From: Adineta vaga
Lineage: Eukaryota > Animalia > Rotifera
Direction of reading: 5' to 3'
Assembly (NCBI GenBank): GCA_021613535.1
Contig: CP075494.1
Span: 6,324,001-6,388,000 of the forward strand
DNA: 64,000 nucleotides
Below are positions 39,923-53,500 of this stretch, piece by piece. The first letter of the stretch is position 1, and each line of letters opens with the position of its first letter. The notes beneath the pieces are model-generated. The model was given only the letters and a program-made list of their open reading frames with translations, did no database searches and was not told where the DNA came from. The position numbers were made by a program, and so were the translations under genes.

Positions 39923-42900
39923 CATATACACGCACACACCATTATTTACTTGTCCACAGTTTCTATTAAAATGTTCCTTTCTACTCATGTTCTAGAACGG
40001 AAGACGTTCCTCGGTCCTATTTTTATCTTCATGTTCATTACTTGCCGTTCTAGTCATCCAATCATTTATCTATGTTATACTCTCTAACTTTTTTCTTTGT
40101 TCTAGAACGTCGAGCGAAAAAGAGTTCTCAATATAAGCAAAAAGAACGAGAGAGATAGAGAAAGAAGAAAACAGCTCGAGTCGAAATAAACCGGCAATGC
40201 ATTTTCTGCGTTCTCATCAACAGCGTCATGGATAGATAGAACATGTAATCTATCAGCGCACACATACACATAAGCATTTCGCATCATTGTATAGCTTCTT
40301 CATCGTTCTTTTCTACAAGGCAATATAAAAAAAAGAAGGGAACATGGAATAGACAAAAAAGCATTGTGGTTCTAATACCGACGAACGCCGAAGACAAGAG
40401 AACGGGATAAAAATTGGTAAAAAAAAGAACGAACGAACGAACGAATGAGAAAGAGAACCAAAGGCGCTTTTTTTTAATAATACATACATACATAGATGTG
40501 AATGTCCACGACACATCATTCTCTTTTCTCTCTCTTCTTCTCCCATTTTTTTGTGCTTGACAAGCGTTCTCGTCTGTCTTCGTTTTTTTCCCTTTACTAC
40601 TTTACCATCTGTTGCATATGTAGAAGCAAAGAAAAAAGGAAGAAGGAGAGAAAAAACGACCGACTAGCAACAACAAGGCAAAGTAGTATCACATCCATCG
40701 AAATTGCTTTCTCTCTCTCTTGTTCTATGTTCTCGTGCAACCAAGTTGATTAAAGACACTAGTATGAAGTGATGGAATCACTGCTACTCATATAAAAATG
40801 TTTGCAACAATCATCTTTTTTTTTCAAGTAATGATGAAGACAAAGAAGAAAAGGTAAGGAATGTTAACTAAAGATCAACGAGGGTTATACCCTTTTTTGT
40901 TTCAGTAATAGCCAAGCAGAAGAAATAACGGCCGGCAACGATCGGAAACAAATGAGAGTTCATCTCAAGAGACTAGAAAGAAGCAAGCACATTTTTTATT
41001 CTTTACCATCATCATTCGTCGTTAGATTCGTGTGTATGTGTGTGTGTGTGCTCGCGTCGATCACACGTTGTGTTGTCGACATTGTCGTTTTTTTTTATTA
41101 GATAAGTGACATGCGAACATAGAATAGTGGGTGTCGGTAATATTGTATCCTGCTGTTAAAGTATATTCAACGAGGTAGAAATGAATCTGATCGTTCCCTT
41201 ATTTGTCTTGATAGTTTCTATTCAATAAGTGTGTTTAAGAAAAAACGAGAGGAAAAGAGCTCTCTTTTCTCTTCATATATATATATATATACATATCATT
41301 GTATGTGTATATAGAAAAGAAACTATTGAAAAAGGCAATTAATAGTAAGAGTAGTAGGACTCTATGAAGTCAAAAGTATTTTTTTCTAGTTGAGTAAATG
41401 TCTATAACATCGATGGTTGATTATATGAGATCTTCCTGTGTGGTAAAATCGTGCTAGGAAGAACTATCTTTGAACTAATTCGATCATTGGCATGAATCAG
41501 CAAAAATGAATTTCAGTGATGACACAGACACACATATTCATTTTGTGTACATTTGTGGCCTCGAGTTGCAATTAAACCTCGTTTTTTCCTCTTTCTCTCT
41601 ATACACGCGTATTCTCTTTATTCGACAAGGTTGAACTCTTCTCTTTTCCACGCACGTATGAGTCAGTCGACTTGAATGATAATACTCCATGTGCAAGTGT
41701 GTATATCGATATATGTATACATATGCACTCGTCGACTATTTCTGTTCGTTTCTTCTAGTATAGATATATGTATGGACATAGTCGTTCATTCATCGACACG
41801 ATTTGCTTTTTTTCTTTCTTTCTTTCTTTCTTTCTTTTTTTTCTCACGCTTACTTGATGTACAATTCGTCGACATATGAGCAGTAAGTTATACATCTAGA
41901 TGGAAATGTCAAGTAAGGTCAGATGTTTTGTCTCTTCTTCTGTTGTTTTATTTTACAGAATCACATTCCAATCATCATAATGATAATTATTATTGTTATG
42001 AATTTCATTTATTTATTTATTTATTATCAATCATAGTTTTTTGCTATGGATTATTAAAATTGTTTTTGTACGTATATAAATATAGATATGGAACTCTACG
42101 AATGATTAATAATTGTCTTTACCTGATCTGTAAATAGATGGGCCTTCAACACCTCGTTAATCTTTGTCACAAATCGATTTTCTTCTTTTGGACGGAGGTT
42201 TGACGAGGAATTGAGGCTCATCAAGGCAGCGAAAATAATGTCGTACATTGTGCTCTATTTTCTTTTTTTTATTCAGTGCAAAAAATATATCAATATATCA
42301 GATATTTGTATTCATATCCTATGTTGTTCAATTAGGTTAAATTCATGCATTAGTAAATCATATGAATCTATTGAACTGGTGCTAAAAGAGAATAGTTTTA
42401 GGTGATAATTATCTTGAAACAACATGGATGGATAAACAAAATCGCAATAGAGTCCGATCAAATAGAGATCGATTACGAATAATCGATATGTAAAGAAGTA
42501 AATGGAAAATTTTTTATGCCATCAATGAAAAAATAATTCCTGTATGTTATTTTGTCATTTGCAAAGTAGAATGGCATGTGTTAAAAGATCTTATTTGATG
42601 AATTATACACTTTTGACAGTGAAAAATGGCAAATTAGAAGGATAAAATTGTATTTAAAGAGTGTATCACAATGCCTTTTTAACGAAAGTAACAGACACTA
42701 TAGAGACATGCATCTAGTAAAAAAACAAACAATTTCACGAGAGATATTTCTCATATCATTAGTGCATGACTTGAAGATGCATAAATAACTATTTTACTGT
42801 AGTGCTCTCTCAGACAAATCTTGATAATAGTACAACGAATGCTATTAGCGGTAAATAGTGATAAAACGGGAAAAGATCAGAGTGAAATATGGATCTTTGT

Positions 42901-43170
42901 TACATGTGGCCATTTGCAAGTTTGACTGAATAAAGCTGTTGATGATATATGGAAATCAATTGATTATTCGGTACGTTTATTCGTATCAATTTTTTGAAGG
43001 AAAAAATTAAAATATTTTCTATCCATCATTTATTAACTTTGGAAAAGAAACATAAGTAGGGTTTGATAGAATGAAAATAAAGAAAGGTATAGATGAGTTT
43101 GCAGAATACACTTTCAAGTTTGATGATGAATTGAAGTGTTTTAATTTAACGGTGCACTTGCAATATGAGT

Positions 43171-44064
43171 TTATTGCTCGTTTGCTGCTTGAGGTGCTTG
43201 TTCACCCTGACTATTAGATACAGCAGCGTCTTGTGAAGCTGGAGCTGAAGCATCTTGTGAAGCTGGAGCTGGAGCATCTTGTGAAACTGGAGCTGAGGCA
43301 CTTTGTGAAACTGGAGCTGGAGCATCTTGTGAGGCTGGAGCTGGAGCATCTTGTGAGGCTGGAGCTGGGACATCTTGTGAAACTGGAGCTGAGGCATCTT
43401 GTGAAGCTGGAGCTGAAGCATCTTGTGAAGCTGGAGCTGGAGCATCTTGTGAGGCTGGAGCTGGGACATCTTGTGAGGCTGGAGCTGAAGCATCTTGTGA
43501 AGCTGGAGCTGGAGCATCTTGTGAGGCTGGAGTTGGGACATCTTGTGAAACTGGAGCTGAGGCATCTTGTGAAGCTGGAGTAGCAGTATCTTGTGAGGCT
43601 GGAGCTGGAGCATCTTGCGAAGCTGGAGCAGCAGTATCTTGTGAAGGTGGAGCTAGAGCTGGAGCTAGAGCATCTTGTGAAGGTGGAGCTAGAGCTGGAG
43701 CTAGAGCATCTTGTGAAGGTGGAGCTGGAGCAGGAGCATCTTGTGAAGGTGGAGCTAGAGCTGGAACTGGAGCATCTTGTGAAGGTGGAGCTAGAGCTGG
43801 AACTGGAGCATCTTGTGAAGCTGGAGTAGCAGTATCTTGTGAGGCTGGAGCTGGAGCATCTTGCGAAGCTGGAGCAGCAGTATCTTGTGAAGCTGGAACT
43901 GAAGCATCTTGTGAAGGTGGAACTGAAGCATCTTGTGAAGGTGGAGCTAGAGCTGGAGCTAGAGCATCTTGTGAAGGTGAAGGTGGAGCTGGAGCAGCAT
44001 CAGCTCGAGCAGACACAGCGACAAGGCATACGATGGCAGAGATCAAGATTGTTGTGAAACGCAT
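43171..44064 (-). CDS. Secreted acidic Pro/Ala/Ser-rich tandem-repeat protein (PASQDA repeats), intronless
   Basis: Signal peptide MRFTTILISAIVCLVAVSARA; 28 SQD units, mostly in 24-bp and 36-bp repeats; TATA-like element at ~44114-44121. Confidence 0.85.
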   Translation of the reverse strand: MRFTTILISAIVCLVAVSARADAAPAPPSPSQDALAPALAPPSQDASVPPSQDASVPASQDTAAPASQDAPAPASQDTATPASQDAPVPALAPPSQDAPVPALAPPSQDAPAPAPPSQDALAPALAPPSQDALAPALAPPSQDTAAPASQDAPAPASQDTATPASQDASAPVSQDVPTPASQDAPAPASQDASAPASQDVPAPASQDAPAPASQDASAPASQDASAPVSQDVPAPASQDAPAPASQDAPAPVSQSASAPVSQDAPAPASQDASAPASQDAAVSNSQGEQAPQAANEQ

Positions 44065-44794
44065 GTTTCTGAGGGATATCTAAAATAAATGAAACCAGAA
44101 CGAATAGATACGCTATATATATGTTCACTATGATGACATCCTACGTCAACGAATCAATGGAAAACAAAGAAGCAGCTGTGACATAAATGGTTAATGGCGT
44201 TCTTAAATTTTTTAATGGATATTGTCAAGTTTTCATATCGGTTTCTTTTGAGAACTAAAGATGGGTGGCACCTAACTAGGAATCTCTAAGTACGCTATAT
44301 ACTTTTTGAAACATACGTTATTTTCTTCAAATGACCATAATAAGACAGTTATGTGCAATCAACATAAAAATAATTCTTTTTCTGAAAGAACAAAGTATGT
44401 ACTTTTTGCGGAAATCTGTTGTTTATTTCTTTAGTACTCAAAATGTCAAGTGTAATGTACGATTCTTTTCATTCTTTATTACAGCTGATGCCTAAAAGTA
44501 CGGAAGCCATTAAATATGTTTCATGGGGTACATCTATTCAATAGACAACCGAACAATAAAAGCATTTATTCTATGAAAATGTTATTGATTCTCGCAACAA
44601 GGTTAATCTTCAAACCTAGTTTAACAAGTAAACGTTCTCTTTTTTCTTCTTCTCGATAGTAATACTTTCAAGTGTTGAGGAACTTCCTATTTCAATTATA
44701 CAAAAGAATTGTAAAAAAAACGACAGAAAATAATGTTCAATTTATCATAGTTGTTCTAAGATCGTATCGATGAAATAGACGGTTGATTATCATG

Positions 44795-46910
44795 CTAAAT
44801 AGGAACAGAAAATTTTGAGAATATTTCTTCATGAATTGAAATATTTACTTCATTATATAATGAACAAATCGATTTTGATTGTTGGTTATCTCGTAATCGC
44901 ATATTATCATTTCTTAAATCATTGATACGATTTTGTAAATGTCGAATCAGTTTATCTTGATTGATTTCATTTTCAGAATTAAATTCATGATCAATCTTTT
45001 TCTCGCATTCAATGTGATGATTTGATGTTGCTCGTTGTTTCGATAAACTAAATAGACTTTTGTTTCGAAAGCGAACTTTACTTCAGAGAAACTAGACATA
45101 CCGATCCAATTCCAGAGCAATGTGATCTTCTAGTTTTTGTAACAAATTATCAACTGTATGACTTTGTTGAATTGATAACTGAGACGAATGATGGGAAAAA
45201 TTTTCCTATTGAACAATGAAATGAAATGATACAGATCGAATGATTTTACTTTTGAAGATTTCGAATAGGAATTCGTTTGATCTTGATAACTATTATCATC
45301 AGATGATCGAAATACTCGATCAGTGGAGATTTTCGGTTTTTCGAAAAGTATGGTTTGATTTTCAAGTTGTTTTCTTTGTTCGCCAGTATAATCATGAATT
45401 TCTTCTACCGTTCTCTGAAGATATTTCTATTCGAAGAAAAGAAAATGCAATAACGTCAAAAAATAAAAAAAACTATTCAAAACCAGAAGAACTTGAGTTG
45501 GTGTTCTTTCGATAAGTGCATTTTCATCATAGATAAACGATGAAACATTTCTGAAAAGAAAGATTAATGACAAAAATCATGTTCGATTATAAAGAAAGAA
45601 TTTTCTTTACGGAATTGCTGTATAAACATGTGATGGTCGATTCATAGTTTGAAGTAATATTTTTATAGCATCATTAATAGAACGAACACAAGATTTTTCT
45701 GCTGTATCTAAACTATTGTATAATTGTCGTCGAACAGCATTGGAATTATTATAAACATCTGATAAATGTGTTACAGTTTCTTCTAATTCTTGAACACGTT
45801 CTTGTAAACGAGTAATTTCAATCGTTTTTTCCTAAAAGAAATCGATTGTTGATATTCATCTGATGAATGTTTATACAACGATGTCAAGAAGGTTAATCAT
45901 TCTGTTTAAACTCAAGAACTATTTCAATAACTTCAATAATACAAGGTCAAAATATCTTATACTTACAATCTCTTGTATGCTAAACTAACATCTCTTCTCT
46001 GATTGAGAAAATACAAGAAGACTCTTTGACATACTGAATGAAATTGATTACGTAATCGATTAATTTCATCTTGAAATTCTTTTCGATATTGTTCTTTAAT
46101 CCTATAAATCGCATTGATGCGTTCACGATCGTTCTCTTTTAATTGAAATTTTGCTTCGCTTGATTGCTATAATCAATAAAAATGATTATCTGCTTTTCTT
46201 GAGAAAGAAAGAGAGGAAACTTTGTATCATTACCATATGTGCGTCACGTAATTTCTTTTCTAATTGTTGATAACGTTCACGTTCAATGTTCAATTGATGT
46301 TGTAGAAAATGTTTTTCTTCTTCAAATTTAGTTCGTTCATCAGCTAAAAGAAGTTCTTTATGTTCATTCCAAGCTTTTCGTTCACGTTCCATTCGTTCTT
46401 CAATCTATGATGAAAGAGCATGCTTTAGCTATCAGAACCTGAAAATATTCTCCTACTTTTAACAAAGCATTTTTATGTGTGGTAGCTAAAGCAAGAAATT
46501 CATTATCTTTTTGATAAATAACTGCTTTTAATTTCGTTATTTCTTGATTTTTTGTCTATAGAGAAATACATAGATTATTTATTAGATTTGAAAATTATTT
46601 CATACTAATGTATTCCGATAAGAATTAACATTAGAATGACGGGAACCATCGGGTATATACTTTAAAATGAGAATATAAAATATAGAAATTCATTAACAGA
46701 AGAATGATTACCAATGTTTCTAATAAAGGATCATTTTGTGAACTAAAATCAATCATTTCATCACTACTTCATTCGTATGTAATATATGAAATAAATCATT
46801 GCTTACCTTCGTTTCATCATTGTGTGACCGTTTTGTTTCAATAGATTTTCCAAAGTTCGATAATTTTCGTCAAATGTACATCGTCTTTGATTATATCGAT
46901 CATTCATCAT
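44795..46910 (-). CDS. Multi-exon coiled-coil protein of unknown family
   Basis: Hand splice: MMNDRYNQRRCTFDENY...KNQEITKLKAVIYQKDNEF...MERERKAWNEHKELLLADERTKFEEEK...EITRLQERVQELEE...KISVPI*. Some internal junctions are uncertain. Confidence 0.65.
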
Positions 46911-47273
46911 CTTTCCTCTATGTCGATTTATTTCGTATAATCAAAACTGAAGAATGTAAGAAGTCGTTGTTTGTATCAATCGTGAATGTCAGTGAAGTGA
47001 AGCTCTAGGAGATGAATCAAGGTGACATCGAAAAAAAGCTTTCTGTCCTATTTTACACTAAGATTACGAAATCAATTGAATTGAATCTGTTGATCCTTAT
47101 AGATTTTATTATGAGTTAATTTTTATTTCAGAACACACCTGCGAAATGACAAACAAAAATGAAGATGAAGAAAACAAACGAGAGACAAATTATGTTATCG
47201 GACGCATCTACACATAAAGAAAAAGAAAACAATGGAATTCATCACCGTTCGAAGAAAAAAAAAGAGAAAGATT

Positions 47274-50200
47274 TTATTTGAATGTAACTCGTTGACCAAT
47301 TACTGGTGAAGTCACGGCCGCATCCGAATAAGCTCGCCCACGAATATCATCGCCCTCATCTATACTTGTACGATATATACTCATTCCACCGAAATGTGTT
47401 GTTTCATTATGACTTCCAGTACTATCTTCAGGGGTTTTCGTTGGATCATGCTCATGTTTATCTCCTCCACCACCTAGAATATTACTGATTGCTCCTCCAA
47501 CACCACCTGTACTCGGTCCACCATGACGTTGAAATGCTTGCATGGAAAATCGACGATTTTTTCGTCGTTGACCATGTCGTTTTGTTAAATGTGGATTATC
47601 TTTGCGCATAGTTTTTGTTTTTAAAACATGCAAAGATGAGTATAAACGTTTTAATTCCGCCTAAACAAAACAAAGATTATTGAATGAAAAGAAAACATGA
47701 AAAATTTAATCTTACTCGAATCTCTTCGGGATCCATATCTCGTATATTTAATTCTCCAAATTCAATATCACCATTGGATTGTAATTTCGCTACTAATTCA
47801 CCTGGTTCAACACCATCAGGTAATGAACGAAATCGATCTCGAACTGTATGTTCTTCCGTTGATTTTCGAAACATAAAACATAACTAAATGAGAGAAATAG
47901 AGAGAGAACATAATATCTCTTCTATGAATATGATTTCAAATTCAACTTACTTTAGTACAAAAAATAAATAAAATCATACATGTGACGGTAAAATGACATC
48001 GAAAAAATGATAATGTAAGAAGTGTATCGGGATCAATCGATGCCCATAAACAATCTCTATAAAATATGTCAAACAAATATTTTCTTTTCAATCAATGATT
48101 TCATCGTTTGACTTACTTAATAATATGAAGTAATGTTGAAAAAAGCATTTCACAAACAACAACAAGAGTAATTAATTTACGTTCATGATATTCGCATGGT
48201 GCTGTTCGAGTACTATAAATAAAACGAATTCCCACACAAAGAAAAATAAATTCCGCTAAAAGAGAAAAACAAACACGTTTCTAGTTTTATTTTCTTTTTT
48301 TATTGTCGTTGTTAACAAACCCATTTGAATCAGATAATCCCATGAACGTGGTCGACATGTTTGAAAATATCGTTTATTTCGAAATGTATATCCATTTCCT
48401 AATAGATATTTTTCAAGAGATACATTTTCTTTTGCATGATCAATATTAACAAATGTCCATCCAAGTAAATAGCCAATAATTGATATTGAAATGAAAAATA
48501 ATATACGTAAAATATCTTTTTCTTTGACTTGAACACAATGTGCTTTTCGAGATTGAAATTCTGCTAACATTCTATTTGCAAAAAAGATATAGATATTCAT
48601 TTGATTGAATTTTCGAAAAGAAGAACTCACTTATAAATACGTAAAATTAATGTACCATAAACAATTGTAAAGCCAAGTTCACGAAGCCTAGAAAAAAGAG
48701 AATTTATCCTAATAAATCATTTAGTTCTATTGAATAAAAAAATCGAGAGAGACTAATCGAGATTCTATTAATGATTGTTGAGAAATTATTCAAGCGATGA
48801 TCTTTTTGCCATAAGATATATATCGAAATAATTTAGTAGCTAAGAAAATTGATTTCCTATTTATAATGTATCTATGATGATAGTTTTCACTCGATTGAAT
48901 GATTAATAGATCGTATGACTTTTTTTCTTCTTCTTCTTCTTTCTTCAATGCATTTAAAAGTTTTTCACACGAGAAAAGACTTTTTTCTTCTTCTTCTAAT
49001 GAATATCATTTGTCTTCCTTTTCTCAACAGGAGACTATGACATCTTTTTTTCTGTCTTACATACCATGGCATTATTAAACAAACGATTCCATGTGGACCA
49101 AGACTATCAACAATAACCTATAAAAGGAAGAATAGAATAAGCTAGAGAGATAATTTATCTCATTATTCCTACTGATGCGTAGAGTAATGCTGCACCAAAA
49201 AGAACTAATTCTAATAGTATCCACATTGAATGTTTGATAATTTTAATTTTTCGTTTTTTAAATACAATTGCAGCAAGTATTGCAACAAAGACAATAAATA
49301 CTGATTGAATGATAATAATTATGGTACGTAGAAAACGATTATATTTAAGTAAACATGATTGTGGATTACATTTACATCGATTTCCGAGTTGTCCTAGCTG
49401 ATTATCTTTCGTGGTTTCATTCCATTCCAAATATTGACTATCAATAGTCATTGAGAGATTATCATATGGACCTTGACAAAAGCATTTATAGGCACCTAAT
49501 ATAAAACCTTGACCAGGTTGATGTAAACACTAATCAAATTTCATAAATATGAAGAATGATAAAAAGAAGAATATTCTTTTTCCCTACCTGCATATCTATT
49601 GGACATTTATGTGTACCACCAAATGGTACATCACTCGTTTCACATTGATTGATATCAACAGATGATATATTGAAATAAGCGATAAGAAAATATCTAGAAG
49701 AAATTCGAGATCTTGAAATATCATAATATCATTTCTCTCCCCCATCCTCCCTTTCTTTTTCTACATACCCATTAGTAAGAGAAAGAATATTTGCCATCAG
49801 ATATGTTTCATTCGGATTTTTGTCGCATAAAACAGGTCCAAGCCACCAACCATTATTGAATAGAAAACGTTGAGAATCATATTTTAATGTTTCTCGTAGA
49901 TTTGCCATGGTAAATGTTTGTAGAATTGTATCTTGTTTAGTTAAATCTTCATTGATTGCATCAATATCAATTTTTGTCGTAATACGAGAGTATTTCAAAA
50001 CATCAGAACCACCATTATCATTTGGTAAAGCTCGTATATCAATTTCATTTATACGTTTTTGACTAGCTAATAAAACACGTAGATCTGAACTAAATTCAAG
50101 ACGAAATTTTTCTAACGATAAGTCACTAATATGATTTAATTTCATTCGAGTTATATCAACAAATCGTTTTATTGTTAATGATTCATTTCGAAATGCTCGT

Positions 50201-50592
50201 TCAATCAAACGTATAATCAATGCTGACACACTATTATCTGATGGTATCTGATAAATACCATCTGATGCCATATTGATTGTACAATCAGGTAATACGGATG
50301 ATGTTGATCGTTGTAATAATTGACGCAACATATCGGTATTATGATGTTTATCAATTAAATGTGATGTTTGTCTTTTTAAACGATGATTATATTGTGTTAT
50401 TGGAGAAGAATTTGTGTGAAAGAAAATTAAAAAACTAATAAGAAATATAAGAAGAAATAGAATTAAATAGAAATAAATTGATATAAAATGAAATAATGAT
50501 GATGATTGTTTGGATTTTGAATTGAACATTAAATTTGGTTTAACTTGAAGATATGATGCCGAGAAATAATCTGATTCTTCTTTAGGTTTCAT
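47274..50592 (-). CDS. Class C orphan GPCR, GPR158/GPR179-like
   Basis: WWLGP, DINQC...FGGTHKC, GQGFILGAYKCFC, WILLELVLFGAALLY, WLRELGFTIVYGTLILRIY, FHER, and C-tail DPEEIRAELKRLYSSL...DNPHLTKR. Confidence 0.88.
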
Positions 50593-53500
50593 GATTAGAT
50601 TTTTGAAGCTGAAAAAAAGAAACGAACAAGATATAATTAACAAAAAAAACATCAAGCGTTAAACGAGAATGATAGATAAACATAAACAAAAAAAAATAAC
50701 GGTAATGCTTTTACGATCGATTCATTAGTATGCCTAAAAATAACTAGTTTAATCGAATAAATATCGGACAGAGAGGAATTTTGTATGATGATGAAAAATT
50801 TTGGAAATGTTTTCAATCGAAAGACAAACTCATTTAACGTATTGACATTCTAGTCTTCTTCTTCTTTTCTTTTTCTCTTCGTTGTCTTATCATCTAGACG
50901 ATACTATCTTAACTATCTTATACGGAACTACTTCATGTCGTTGTTGTTGTCGTCATCATCATCATCATCATCATCATCATATAGAAGAAACTAAATCTGT
51001 TCTATCTTTCTTCTCGTGTCTCTTCTCTTTGTCGATAGTCGAGCGAATGCGCAAGTAGACTTGTATGTTCGCTAGAACTCGCTCGCTCGATAATTGATCA
51101 TTTGTTTTTTGACATCCACTAGATTCTTCCTTCTCGATATAATCATTGAATTGGATGTCGTGGTATTAGCTTTGCTTGATCCTTGAGTTATGCTCGTGCG
51201 TCCAAGTAATGAATATCTATTTTTTTTTTCATCATGAAAAAATTCATTATGCTCGATATAGATAACACATGTATTTGCTTTCTTCGTTTGTCAGATACGT
51301 GGAGAAAAAAAAAGGACATTCTCATTATATACGATTGATTTTGTCAATTGAGAATATATGTCCACAAGCAATCAGTGACCATATGTCTGATGAGAAAGAA
51401 TGAAACATAAAGAATATATTAGCCGACAGATATGATATAATCAACAAATATAGCTTTGAGGATTATACGTGTAAAATGACAGAGCAAATGTTGGTAATAA
51501 AAATGCGGCAAAAAATGAATAGTAATAGCTAAGAACTAGTGAAATCTAAGACGGTAATGAAGATGCGGATGTCTAGAGGCATATAAAATAATCATGAACT
51601 ATCCCTCTGTCTCTTTCTCTTTCCTTCTTCATCAAACTGTTTGTCTGTATATGTCGTACGTATTTATTTCAATCAAAACTTACCACAATAATTAGATGTC
51701 CATTTTGATGTTTGTAATGCTGATTAATATAGAAAATAAGGAGGATTAATATGATATATAATGTGTTATTAGATTTTTTTTCTCGTTTATTTCAAACTCA
51801 TCTCGTTTTCTACGCTTGATTTTTCACATACTAGAGTTTCTTTTTTTTCTCTTTTTTTTCTACACACACTTTTTTTAGCTGAAATGCGACCGACTAAAAA
51901 CACAGGAAGAAGTATCGTTTTATATTTTTTTTTCACATACAGACATAAACATTCTGTCCTTCTATCTATATTGTTCTACTATACACCACTATCTAAATTT
52001 ATTGACAAGCATATAGTCAAATGCATACGCGCGCGCGCCTGTCTTTAGACAAGAGAGAGAGGGAGAGAGGGAGAAGGAGAAGAAAGACGAAGGGCAATTT
52101 TTTCGCACTCTCTTGCGCGTATGCTCTAATTCTCACCGGAATTCTTCAGCGCGAGCGCACGGTCGTTTCCTCTCGACGACGACGACGACGAAGACGAGGA
52201 CGAGGACGACGACTTGAGCCGATATACGACGAGATACAAACATAAATGTAGATTTCATGTTCGCATCGGTAGAGAGCTTGGCCTCTCGTAGGAAACCAAT
52301 ACTAGAAACATCTCTTCTCTTGCCACTACATTTTCCGCTTTCTTTTTCTTTTTCTGTGTTTTTCTTCTTTTTCTTTCCTCTTTCCTGCTGTTATGAGCGT
52401 ACAAATACTTTGCTCGCAATTGACGATAGTCTCTTACAGCTATTTTTGTTCTTCGACGGCGATGACGATAAAAGAAATGTCGTTTTTATTCTTCTTCTTC
52501 TTCTACTACTACTACTTCTTCTTTTGGTATTCGCTGTCGTTTCTTCTCTTATTTTGAACAGCAGTAACAACGACTCTAGTCTTTAGGGTCCTCCTTGCCG
52601 CATTCTTTTTCTCTTCGTCGTCGTCTTCTTCTTCTTCTCCTTTTTCTTCTTCTTTCTGACAACAAAATAAAAATGCATGAGTATTCGCAGTGTTTAGCGC
52701 AAACCAAATGATAATGATGATGATGAGTGCTCATTGTTCTTTCTCTAGAACATAAAAGCTGAAGTTGATATATAGACAAAAGCAAATGAAACAAGCAATA
52801 GAATTGATAAACGATTGCTTATTTCCTCTTCTATATTAGCAAAGCTTGATTTTTCTTTCGGTAAATGTCAACGCTCATTCACTGTAGATATGCACAGAAT
52901 TGTCAAAATAAGAAAAACAAGTTTATATATATATATATAAAGATCGTCAAAAATGTCTTTGTTAATGTATATCGATGTTCTTATTGTGTTTAGTGACAGA
53001 TGGAAAAAGCTGAAAGAAAAAACAAGAAAATCGTTCTAAATATATCCATATGTTTGTCTTATGTTTTGCTAATATCTCGTGTGAGAACTTCACCTAATGG
53101 AGATATATCTGTTTCTTGTTGAAATAAATATACAGATGGTATCTTTTTGTTAATAATATACGAATGGATGTATTGATGATAAACAAGTAATATATATATA
53201 TATATATATAAAACGAAATGGAAATATACTAAGAAAAGATCAGTTCCTATTTTTCCTCTTATCCACTTCAATAAGAAAGAAGAAGAAAATATCGAACGAC
53301 TTAATTTAGTTTTGCCTCACTTTCGATCGATTTGATACAAGTATCGAATATATAGTATTGAAGATTTAATAGGACTTTTCTATTTGATATATTCAATTTC
53401 CGCTAAGTATCTACTTTGCCTAGATGAAAAAGAGATAAATATTTTGAAAAGAAATCACTAGGCTGATTTAGGATCTAATCAGTATATTAACAACATTCTT

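Noticed and set aside
38750-42400. Short ORFs and a possible exon near 39210-39365
   Set aside because: Microsatellite-rich, with Phe/Lys-biased ORFs; no supportable gene model, although a lncRNA or small gene cannot be excluded.
43229-43995. Regularly spaced repeats resembling a CRISPR array
   Set aside because: No unique spacers; it is a coding tandem repeat in a eukaryotic gene.
43146-44057. Alternative-frame ORFs (LQLQPHK and KLELEHLV repeats)
   Set aside because: Shadows of the 24-bp tandem repeat; only the 297-aa frame has a signal peptide and runs uninterrupted across the whole repeat.
52021-52794. Arg-rich and Leu-rich ORFs
   Set aside because: They derive from trinucleotide and GA microsatellites, probably in the upstream region of the GPR158-like gene.
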